From NCBI RefSeq assembly GCF_947568905.1, contig NC_079164.1, forward strand, positions 27,280,001 through 27,344,000: 64,000 bases of DNA, written 5' to 3'. Position 1 is the stretch's first letter. Every line of letters begins with the position of its first letter. Made by a program: the position numbers and the translations under genes. This document shows, piece by piece, positions 52,097 through 64,000 of this stretch. The notes under the pieces are model-generated. The model was not told the DNA's origin, ran no database searches, and saw only the letters and a list, made by a program, of their open reading frames with translations. This DNA is from Ostrea edulis. Lineage: Eukaryota.

Positions 52097-55000
52097 TTTT
52101 GTTCATGAGGTGATTTCATCAACGAAATGTGATTTTGTAAATGAATTTTGATTCTGTAAATAAATTGTAATTTTGTAAATGAATTGTGATTTTGTAAATG
52201 AATTGTGATTTTGTAAAGAAATTGTGATTTTGTAAATAAAGTGTGATTTTGTAAATGAGACATGGTTTAGTACAGGAGACATACTTTCGTACAGGAGACG
52301 TGATTTTATATATAAGATTTGATGTTGAACATGAAACATGATATTAATGCCGAATTAATTGCACAGTATTGTATATTGTTTTATTTTTGTAGAGATCTCC
52401 CGTGACTAACAATAAATCTACTTACAATTCTATGGTGTCATTCTAGTTCTACGATCTCTCTGTAGTAATTGCGTGCTGATGATTACTGACTGGAATTAAA
52501 TATCAGCCGCAACATCGATGAATTCGGCGGCAGCCTCATTGAAATGCTAGCAAAGGAATGTAGCAGATTTTTCTTGTTCGCACTCATCAAACTCTAACAC
52601 TTAGTTGAATTAAAATTTTGTTATCAGTGCTCCAGGCCGAATGATTACTCCCACATCTGCATTATTCAAGTCGTGTATTCATTGGAAGTTATGTACATAA
52701 TTGTATCGTTATATGAATAAAACTATAGTGCATTCCTAGCTGATATCATATTAAATTTCTAAGATTTCTGAACATTTATTATGAAAAATGCAATTGTGAT
52801 AGCAAGCGCTAAATTACAATTTAAACATTTATTCATAACTGTACATTTAACTGGTTGCCTAAATGTAAGTTCTGTGACACTTAGCAGCACATTTTCCCGC
52901 AACTATTTACGGCACATTTACTAAAAGTATATTTTTTGTATCCAAATTTATTCTTCGACACTTAGTTTGCGGCAAACTTGCCGGAAAGTTATATGTGGAA
53001 ATTCAATATCTTTTGTAAAATGTGTTAATTGTGTCTGTATCTATATTTGTCTCCATTCTCAATGCGGAAAAAAAATCTGTTTTCAGGCCCTCTCTTTCGG
53101 ATGTTGCATATGTATATAAGTTCTCTTGTCATTAGCAGTCTTGGGTGAAAATTTTCGATTATATAGCCCTTGAGGATGTAATGTTGGATTACTGCCTTTT
53201 ATTTAACAATCACAACGTCCCGTTATGGTGCTTTTGGCATTCTTCTTTATTCGCTCGGAGTGAATAGACGGCTCATTTGCAACTGGAAATGAACTTTATC
53301 TCTCAGTCGTGATTATCAACTGTTCATTTGTCCTTCATTTGTTTTGCATTACGTTTTTCTCCCTTCTTACGAAACACAGGTTTTGCTTTTAAAATGTCGT
53401 GGTCTATCAATGGTCATTATGTCATGCAACTATGGATCTCCATATTACATGTATCTAACCAATATAATTCATAACTGACAACATTTCTGTGGTTTACGCT
53501 GTCGATAAACAAGGATCTTGTAAACAGGCCATACTCGTGAAGCTTCCTATTCATTAGTTATGGTGACTTTATCAAATAATATGATTTTAAGGCAAAATAG
53601 ATGCCCCGTAAGTAGAGTATATTTGCTGATCATCTTTCTTGTTTCATCTTTCTTGTTTCATCTTTCAAGATAACCCCACACTTGACTCATATCAGCTATT
53701 CACAGAATAGTATAGTATCACACACGTCTGCTACACAAACTTGTGAGCATTAATGACCCGACACAAGCTTTTGGTACAAACGAAATCTTTTTTAAAAGGC
53801 TGAGAGGCTAAGGGCCCTTCAAAAGACATCAGACTCCCTATTACAGACAGTATTTACGCAAATTGTTATCAGCACTAAACCATACAATCCCCCAATATTC
53901 AAATCGTATTCTGTTTCGAATAATATTTCTTTTGACTGTTCGGACATTTTAAGGTTAGGGGAAATTACCGTAAAATCAACAAAGGCAAAATCTCTGATTC
54001 TTCAATGTGTAGATTTCTTTAGAGCATGCCAAGCTAGTAAATTCCGTCCAGTACAAGCAATGTTTCAATACTTGGAATTTTTCACAGGTACAATCGGTCC
54101 TCTTTTTCAGCTTTTGGGTGATTCACCTGTAACTAATTCAAAAGTGGTTCTTCATTTAAAACAATCGATTTGAATTCAGTGGATTAAGTCCCAAGAGGTA
54201 TAATGTTAAAACATATATTTCAAGATATGCAGCTTATCTGGGTTACTCCGAGAACCCAATACCAAATCTTAAGGTAGATGGCAATCTGATGCACTTCGCA
54301 TTTATATTCGCATTCAATCTCTTCGGATTTAATACATTTCAATTATTAGGTAGTTTAGATATACATTGTACATGTACCTCCTGCCATTTACTCATATACA
54401 TCAATAAAGCAGTTTTACAATTAAATATCCTTTGACCCTAGTGCAGATTACTTTAAGAATGTGTATCATTGTACATGTCTTTTCTGTTTTTTGTGTTACG
54501 TACCAGTTCCTTACTGTATGTATTTACTCGATCTGAATGGTTTTAAGACAATTTCATTATATGCAACTGTGACAGTTAAGATTTGTTCTGATGTATCTAC
54601 TGGCTGTCTGAACAATGTGCGTGTATATTAGTTCGTTATGTATATTTCCTAGTTACCTCTGGGTGGAAGGATCCATTTAGCAATCGGGTGTTGACCTGAT
54701 TAATTTGTAAAATCCCTTCTTATTTGATTGCAGGCAGTTCTACTTCAATATTTCATTATAGGGGATGCTTACTCCCCGTAGACACCTGATCCCACCTCTG
54801 GTGTGTCCAGGGATCCGTGTTTGTCCAACTATCTATTTTGTATTACTTGTGGGATTTATGAGATCGTTATCTTCACCTTTCATGCTTTAGGTGGTCAGAT
54901 TGCATAATTATACCCATGTGCCCTTCCCAAATTACAAAGTTTGCTGTAAATATTTCACAAGTTTGCGGCAAGCAATTCAGAATATACTTCATGATAGTCA

Positions 55001-55996
55001 GAAAAAGAAGTTATATGGTGCGACCATTGAACAGGCTGGCTGTCTTCAACTTGCCATTCTGAGAGTTCCAACACGCAGGCCCGGATTTGAAAATACAGTT
55101 TAAAGTGACAATTGGATGGGGCAGTAGAGTTGTAGACAATACGAGATTGCGATGACCCAATACTGAACAAATGGAAGGTAATAAGAAGGTGCCAGGATTT
55201 AATCATGCTTTTAATTCTATGGTGCAGACAGCAAGGAGAATGCATCCTAAACTCTTCCGTTCATCTTAGATAGAGAAAGTGTTGTAAAACTTTAAAGTGT
55301 TCTCCCTAATAATGTAGACTCTTTAAAGTTCCAGGGAGCCAATGTTCGTGGGTAGCTAAATGTTTACTATTTCTTGTTTAACGCCATTTTGAAAATATAA
55401 ATCATATTACTATAGAAGCTATTACAAAACATCACTGCTTAGTAAATCATGGGTAAAACGTATCCATTAAATCCACGAACATTGAGCCCCCTGACCAATA
55501 ATGATTCTACAGTAAGTGCCTCTGAAATAGAAATGATTTCTCTTCCTGTCGATATTAACGATATCATGTCGATATCGGATCATGATCGTTTTTGTAATGG
55601 CTGTATGAGGACTGAAGTGGATTTGATTTATCTTCCTGTCAAAATCGTCGATGTCGACGATATCGTGTCGATATCGAATCGCGATTGTATTGAAATTAGT
55701 GTTAGAACTGAAATAGAAAAGATATCTCTTCCTGTCGATATCGTCGATATCGAGACGATATCGTGTCGATATCGGATCATGATCGCTTTTCTAATGGCTG
55801 TATGAGGGCTAGAATAGGTTTAAGTTCTCTTCCTTTCGATATCGTCGATAACGAGTCATGTTCGTTTTGCTTAACGCAGTGTTTACATTATGGTGTGTAG
55901 ATTAAGGCTATTAATTCAAACACATTTTAAATAGAAATTGTCGATATCGATGCGATATCGCTGTGAGACTATCGATATTGACATCGTAGACAGATA

Positions 55997-57819
55997 CAGT
56001 ACTCGCAACGTTATTTTTACACTCCTATCGTGTTCTATCGTGCGTGCATCCTATCGTATCGTGCGTGTATCCTATCGTATCGTGTTTTGCGTTTATCAGG
56101 TTTTCCATTTTCTATCGTGTTCTGCGTTTATCAGGTCTATCGTATATCGTGTTTTGCACGTATCAGGTTTTCCGTTTATCGTGAAAATTGTTTATCGTGT
56201 AGCTTCGGAAACTATCGGGATTGTATATCAAATCTAATGAAAAAGTACGATACTTTTCGAAAGCTTTATTCGTTTTGTTAACGAAGCTATTTTTAGGAAT
56301 CGAGAAAACAGTATATTTGAAGGAGTACATAACGCTGTCGATTTTAAGGCCAAAAAAAGCTATTTGTCTGTCCAGAGAGTTTATTACAATTTCATTTTAA
56401 GTGGTCTGGAAAGTAGGCAGTGGTTTGCCGAGCAAACCGGGTACAGTAAATCTGAAAGCTCCTTCATGTACAGCTCATAAACATTTGCTTGTCTAGAAAC
56501 AATAATTTGTAATTAACACTAACAGAGAAATAGGAAGTTCCGATTTGAAAGGAAAAATTAGTTAATCACGTTCTTTAGTACATATATTTTAATAAAGGCT
56601 CGTTTTCTTCCGATTTTTTGCACCTGTGTTCTATTTATATACCCACCTTGAACTTGTGTGCGTCCGTGTATCACCCCTGTTTTGACTGCAAACATTCTCA
56701 GGGACATTGTATTTGACACATTTAGAAGATTAAATTTTAAAAGGGTGCTGCATCTCCCAAACGTCTGCCCAACTGGGTACGACTCGGCTGTCATTGTTGT
56801 TGTTTTTACTTGTACTTGTACACTTGTACATGTACCTATAATCATATGGGTAGATACTGGAAATTAATATCGGGTCTGATGATTATTTGTATTTTTTTTA
56901 CATACTAAACACAAAAATTGTTAAGCGTTTCAAAATTGTGAATTTTAAAAAAAAAACGTTTTTTATTTTTTTCCCCATAGTTTATTTATATTTGTTATTA
57001 AGATATCAATTCAAATACATATGTTCCAATTACTTATGAATATCAATCATCACTCATCGTGTAGAAATATCTAACGTATGAAGATTTGGTGTAAAGCAGT
57101 GGATCGTTTTTTTAAAGCAGGCATAATGAAAATAATTGTAATTGTTGAATGACCGGTGAACTTAGAGCTTGATGCGAAATAACCCCCTCCTCGCTACACT
57201 TAAAATGTTCCTTGGTTTATTTCACATTCAAGATAATATACATTAGAATTAGAGAGCTACTGAAGCATGATATCACTACATTATATTACATTTAATTAAT
57301 TAACTGTATAATATATGTATTAAACATTAGGTGACAATTATAATTTTAGAATCATTGGCTGGGAAAATTCAAATATATATCAAATAATGAATTAAATACC
57401 GTATACAGTTTAGTTTTCTGATTTTAGCTGTGATGGCGTAAAAAAAAAATGAAATAAAAAGATATTTTTTAAAAGTACGACCGTGTATTAAAGAAATTAT
57501 ACGTTTTAGGTGTATAATGAATATTGAAATCCTTCAGTATTATCACCAACATAATGTAATTATGTTGTCGGTATCAAAATTTCGCTCTGTCTAAATTGAT
57601 TCTAAATTTGCAACATTTATATCAGGTTTTCCGTTTATCGTGAAGATCGTTTATCGTGTTTTGCGTTTATCAGGTCTATCGTGAAGATCGTTTATCAGGT
57701 TTATCGTGTATCCTATTGTATCGTGCGTGTATCCTATCGTATTGTGCGTGTATCCTATCCTATCGTGCGTGTATCGTGTTATATCGTTTATCATGTCAAG
57801 AATAACGTTGCGGGTACTG
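55997..57819. mobile_element. non-autonomous DNA transposon (Tc1/mariner-like termini), 1823 bp, unique to copy 2
   Basis: TIRs CAGTACTCGCAACGTTATTTTTACA / TGTCAAGAATAACGTTGCGGGTACTG; flanks TA...TG against the empty site GACAGA-TA-TGATG at ~27665; no transposase ORF. Confidence 0.85.
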
Positions 57820-60800
57820 TGTGATGCTGTGTAAACTAAGACTATCAATTCAAACACGTTCAAAATAGAAATTGTCGATATGGATACGATACCTTTATGA
57901 AAATGTTAATATCGACAATATCGAAATCGTAGACCGACATTATGCTGTATATACTAAGACTATTAATACAATACATTCCGAATAAAGATTGCCGATATCG
58001 ATACGATATCGTTGTGGGAATGTCGATATCGACGATATCGACAACGTAAGCAGGCATAACGATATCGACTCGATATCAATTCGATATTGTCGGTATCAAC
58101 GATATCGAAATCAGATTGGATCTTGTACATATATGATAAAACGTTCCAACTTTCTTCTGTGTCAAATTTTGTTTTTAAACACACACACAGAAACAGCGAC
58201 CTCTTCTTTCATAAAGTATCACGTCACCTCGGTTGAATAAAAAAAACCCATTAAAAGTCCTAATTGAAATGTTTCAGAAAACAATGTGACTAGAATACAC
58301 CACATATCTGGCAAACACGGCAATAGCATGAAAAAAGTACTAGTGGATAGTACTGTGCTTACGATTATAACAAAGGGATTGGTATGTTACAAAGTACATG
58401 CAAATGGACTTAATGAGCTGCAGAGCAAACAATCTATATTCCGGAAAATTTCAATTTCTGTACTAACGTACGCTTCCCTGTGAAATGTAAATTTATGTTA
58501 CATCCTGGTGGATTTCCAGCAGAGTATATGCATATTTAAGGTTTGTCAACAAGATCGAACATTCAAAAATTATAAATCCCTATTACAAAAACGAAGAATT
58601 AAAGTCTAAAACCACAGTAAGTTCGTTAAATCCTGTACTCACATTGCTCAATAATTGGTGATAACAATCACATATCGTCTGCAGCAATTCAGTTGTCAGC
58701 TCTGTCCATTTGTCACAATATATATGTACAAATTGTGAATGATGTTTCAGTTCAGAACGCATATACTATAAATACATGTCGCAATCTTACCTGATTCACT
58801 TTTGAAGTTAATTGAAGTGTTAATCTTTGTTTTAACTTAAACTAAACTCATATGGCAAGTTTATACATCGTCACAGGCTTATATGCTGTAACATTCAGAA
58901 TGGTGAGTTCAGACAAGCCTACCCTTTAATCATTTTATATACCTATTGTATCTGAATATCATGAAGATTGCTTTGAAAAGGAAAGGTGAAGATAACAAAC
59001 AATGATTAATCTGATACCTTTTATAAACAATGCAAAATAAAGAGTTGGGCAAACACGGACCCTTGAATATACCAGAGGTGGGATCAGGTGTCTAGGAGGA
59101 GTAAGCATCCCCTGTAGACCGGTCACACCCGCCGTGACCTCCATATTTCGATCAGGTAAGTGGAGTTATTCATATTCAAAATCAATGTGCCATAAACGTC
59201 CTAACAATCGGTATGAAACACGTCAGACAGTATTTGACCCAATTATAGTTTGCATTGTCAAACTAGATCGTTATCAAGACCATATAATTTGCTAAATGCT
59301 GATTGTAAACGAGACTGTTAAAATCATTCATCATCAACTTAATTGTTAGTAGCCTGCATTGATTCAAAAACTGACCATACGCAGAACAAGTTCTTGCGTA
59401 TCAAATCAGTTGAAAACACCATATGTATACAATTTAAGCTTTCAAAAATTATCTACTCCCAGTTTTGTGGCCATTTTCACACAAACAATCTTACGATTAA
59501 GAAGAAAATTTTAAAACACTGCCATTCTTTTACAATTATCCACTCATATTCCTGAATGAGCAAAACGTAAGTATATACATAGGTAAACAACTGGCATTCT
59601 TACTCAAGACTTTGTTGCACTCAGTTGAGTAGAAGAGAGAGACACAATTTTTATCTTAGTCGTAGTCCCATTCAATATTTCAATAATTATCTATTTTCCA
59701 GCTCTATCTTTTTAAGAGAATTTCTTACAATTGCTTTCTTTTTATAATTCTTTTATTTGTTAAAATCGCGCTTACTTTCTGATGAAAGGTGAAGATAACG
59801 AACAGTGACCAATCTCCTAACTCCTATAAGCAATACGTAATAGAAAGTTGGGCAAAGACTGGTGTATCTATTCAATTCTAAATATGAGAGAAAAAGTGGT
59901 GTGCTGCTGGAACACTGTGCTAGATGTCACAGAATGGAACACTATGTGCTGCTAGCTGATTTAGTTAACAGTCCTGACACATATATCTGTTTTACACAAA
60001 AAAGACCCATTTGCTGCAAACTCACAATCTCTGTCCAGAGTTATCATTCCCGTTACGCTCCACTAATACCTCTGTCAACGTCTAAAAAGTATATCAAATT
60101 GTACTAAAATTAACTTAGCATATCAAACTGTAATTATAATATCTAAGCAAATCAAACACTTGTCTGAATTTTTCACAAGCTTAAGATGGTAAATATGAGA
60201 CACCTGAGCGAATTAACAGGTTTATAAAAATATTCATTCATTCAATAATACATGTACTAGAATAATCATACAATTTGTTGTTTTTGCGAACCTACTTTAA
60301 GATTTAAAGCTTGAAACTAAAACTTGTAAAATTATAATTTATAATGCAATAGGTAAAAGTAAGTTTGGCCAAGAATCTTGCAATTTAGACGTTGACAGAT
60401 GTGGTGTAGCATAGCGTAATACGCCTTCTGGTGAGAGATTGGCAAACTCGATCTGCATTGCGGTAAGTATATATTGAGAAGTAAACGGGTATATCTCATT
60501 ACAAAACAAAGATTGCGGAAATGATTGCAGACTCCATTATGCCACCACGCAGGAATACACGTAGAAGTACATCCACAAGAGAGTACACAAGACCAATATC
60601 CCAACAAACACTGTAAGGTCTTAGTAATTAGGCTCAACAGTACCAGATAGTTCGGTACCCACAGTACGAGAACAAATCTTAAAATGTCAATTATAAACCT
60701 CTACGTCTCATAACATCAATTTTTTTTTTTACCTCAAACACAGTTTAAAACACCTTTTTAAAACTAGGGATCAACAATGACTCGGCTTATCTTGCAAACA

Positions 60801-62289
60801 TTATAGAGAATTGATACATTGCAGCAGTTCTGGGAAGCTTTTCAACATTCGTAGAATGATTGGTTAGGTATGAGAGATGGAGGTATCAACTATCCACCAC
60901 TACCTCGATGTTTTTATCTACGCCTAATGAAAAATTTCAGATATTATGTGTAGATATTCTTTATGAAACTAAAGTTAAGTTTCCTACCCTTAATTGACAT
61001 ATGATGGTATTTTTATTGATACAGGTTCTCAAAACATTAGAATACGTAAATATAAGTAAGCTGACCCATGTCTTATTCTTACCTGAATCGCAAATAGTGA
61101 GGGAACACCCCTAAAGGTTATTCATAGGTTTAGGCTGGAATGCAGTGAGTAGGAAGATAAACATTGCTAGTAATGTAGTTTGCTGTGTTAGAGTTTTAAT
61201 AGGTAATCTTGTCATGTCCCTCTTTCTCCCTATGACAATGGTTCTCAAAAGTAATAAATCATCTAAAGCAATCCAATTTCAAGGATCTAGCAAATACTGC
61301 AAATGAAAATGCACTATCGTGTAAGAAATGGGTCTGATTTCATCCAGAAATCCCAAATTCAGACAAATCCCCAGGTCCAACCCCTCCTGAATGCCAGAAT
61401 ACAATTTCACCTATGATGTAGACTACATGTAGTCAATGGCACAAAAGCAATTCAGATTGGTTGGATGGTTGTATATTGTTTACCGTCCTACTCAGGAATT
61501 GATATGGAGACGTTACCATCGTCGGTGAAGGGCTGACAAATATAGATCTGTACTCGACTCGTACGGCATTTGAGCAGGGAGGGGTCATAATCGTGCTAGT
61601 ATACGTTTTGTGACACGGAACGTCGGTTTTTTAGGTCGCATCCGAAGGGCCGCCCCCATTTACTCACCTCGTACGACAAGCAAGTCTTTTTCAGGACGTA
61701 TTATAAACAGGATCCCCACGAGAAAAAGCAAATCAGATTTTAGCTGCAAAGTTAAATCATTTAAGACTTTCAATACATCTCATAGGTTATAGCAGATATA
61801 GCCACTTACAAAGTTCTTAGGTTACGTATCTGTTCACGAGAACTCAGCTTTTACAGCCAGTAAAGATATTCTAACACTATATTGAATTGTAAAACTTAAT
61901 ACTATAGTATACGTCATAAAGAAATGCTTTATTTGTTGTACACAATCCATCTCTGTTTATCCTAAGTCATTCTCGTTACATTTGCAGCATCCATTGCTTT
62001 GATTTTTTTTAAAGGATTAACTGAATATACTTCGACAAAGGAGTATATATGTGCATTAATATTAGTAAAGTCAATTTCAGGCATTAAATAAACTAGAAAT
62101 ATGCTAGAATACACATTCGATACGCGAGCGCATGTTCTATCTATAACCAATGTTTAAATCGAGGCATACTACTTACATACATTTTTCATGTGACAGGGGT
62201 TTCGACGGTCACGTTTAAAATCAACATTCCGCAAGTTGTTTGGTCATTATAATGATCTAATTTTCAATTACAAGATATCACTGCGTCGA

Positions 62290-62550
62290 ATATTGTCTGA
62301 CGTGTTTCATACCAATTCGAGGCTGTTCCTCACATATTGATTTTGACTTTGGATTGCTCCATTTGCCTGAGCAAGATGTCGGACACATTCGTGCATTACG
62401 GTCATCAGTAAATGCTGACTTTTCCTTGGCACCTGGTCAGATCTTTGGTATTTCTTCAGGTCCGTGTTGCCATTATCCTAATTTTGTATCGTCTATAGCT
62501 AGAATATATGAGATTGATTACTGTTTGTAATCTTCACTTGTTCATGCTAA
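62290..62550 (+). mobile_element. old PLE 3'-terminal fragment
   Basis: TGTCTGACGTGTTTCATACC...GGCACCTGG...GAGATTGATTACTGTTTGTAATCTTCAC. Confidence 0.6.
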
Positions 62551-64000
62551 CATGTAAATGTTAACAAAGTTAGGAATATCAAGCATCACAGAGAGAATCT
62601 ACTTTTTCTACGTCGATGTATACATGCAAGTCACATGAACGTTCTGAAGGTCATATAATTAATCGTCTCATCGCAAATCAAAAGTAGTTAGATATATAAA
62701 GCGCTGTCAGATTTTCTTTAAAGTGAAATATGTCACAAAAATTATAACATGTAAAATATGTGGCCAAAGAAAAAAACATCGTCATATTTAGAGGCATTTT
62801 TCGACAACACCAATCAGTTACAAAAGGAATACACTGTACCTCGTACCTTTTCTTAGCAAAGTAAATGAAAATATGGAGGATATTCAATGTTTTGTTGTTG
62901 TATACAGAATTTATTTCACGAGTGAGACAGGATTTTCTTGATATTTTCACGAATGTGGTTTTTCCTTCAGCGTTGTTCCTGTATAAACACTGATAAATAC
63001 AAATCGCTTGCACTTCGCAAGGATTCACTTTCAAACATACCGACGGAGCGAGAAATCGCCAGTTTGGTTTTATTGTACTTTATTGATCAAATTTGAAAAC
63101 TGAAGGTGGAGTTTGCAATGAATCTTGATAACAGAAGATATGTGTAGGCTACATATGTAGGCCTAATGTTTACTTCACAGCACATGATCAACTTTTGAGT
63201 CGCTTTGACTGAAAGTACCGGGAATTTTAAATTTAGGCCCAACATCATACGTCATATACCAGAAAAAGCTATAGGCCTATAATTTGGACTTTTTGTATTT
63301 AAAAAAGTTTCCAACATAACTTACCATAGCATGCAGCATTGTCGCCAAATGAAATCCAACACAGTAAACTAAGCGTCACAGATCCATGTCAATCGATATG
63401 ACGTGACATCATCTGGTGCATTTTGCAAGGCATGACACATTTTCTGCTTTGGTAGGCGGATCAAGCAATTCCCCCAAGTGATTATTTTTGGGCATTCAAA
63501 TAAAAAAAAACATTAAAAATCAATTATACATATAACGTAATATGAATGATCTTTTGTATTACGGATAAATATTGTCGGCAAATAGTCCCGGTTATCATTT
63601 TCACAATGTGAAAATAACACTTCTTATTTTCACAGTATGAAAAAAAATAACCGTAAAAATAACAACTTTTATTCAACGGATAAATTCCAGTACTTCACTG
63701 TTAAAAATATAATAAACATGATTTTTTGCTGGTTTATCACAAAAATACCAGCAAACAATCCTCATCTTGCGTTTAGACCATACCGTTGTAATCACGCATT
63801 TGACTATCTTCTTCTATATCTCTATGGCTAATCAGGGACGAATCGAAGGTTTCAGTAAAGTATCAAACTGCCATACATAATAGATTAAAATGTGAAGACT
63901 TATACAAAATAAACATAAAATAACAAAATAACGATTTTACAAACAGATTTATAGCATGTGATGACAGTAAAATACATGTATGACATTTTCCCAGCGATAC

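Larger units (their letters stand above)
32320..60620 (+). repeat. segmental duplication copy 2
   Basis: Collinear with 3700-30650; begins at a (TC)n tract. Confidence 0.95.

Overview
AT-rich eukaryotic DNA with GT-AG introns. Its repeats look like those of bivalve molluscs such as oysters (inference, not checked). Most of the window is one ~27-28 kb segment present twice in direct orientation (~3.7-30.65 kb and ~32.3-60.6 kb). This is either a recent tandem duplication or two haplotypes assembled end to end. Each copy carries two paralogous multi-exon plus-strand genes (A, B; A', B') that the ORF track shows only as fragments. Spliced by hand, they encode type I membrane receptors: a divergent 8-Cys SUEL/rhamnose-binding-lectin-like domain lacking the sugar-binding motifs, a second beta-rich (CUB-like?) domain, a stalk, one TM helix, a conserved ~47-aa juxtamembrane module ending in CLC, and tails with tyrosine motifs (YIDM in A; YEPL and TxYSEL-x5-YIDI in B). 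The window also holds five copies of an antisense signal-peptide/coiled-coil exon, a decayed possibly death-domain-like coding relic, and many Penelope-like RT fragments. It also holds a SINE-like family, MITEs, minisatellites (one built from a splice donor) and a complete minimal type I hammerhead ribozyme in an insertion found only in copy 2. The first (signal-peptide) exons of the receptors could not be placed with confidence.
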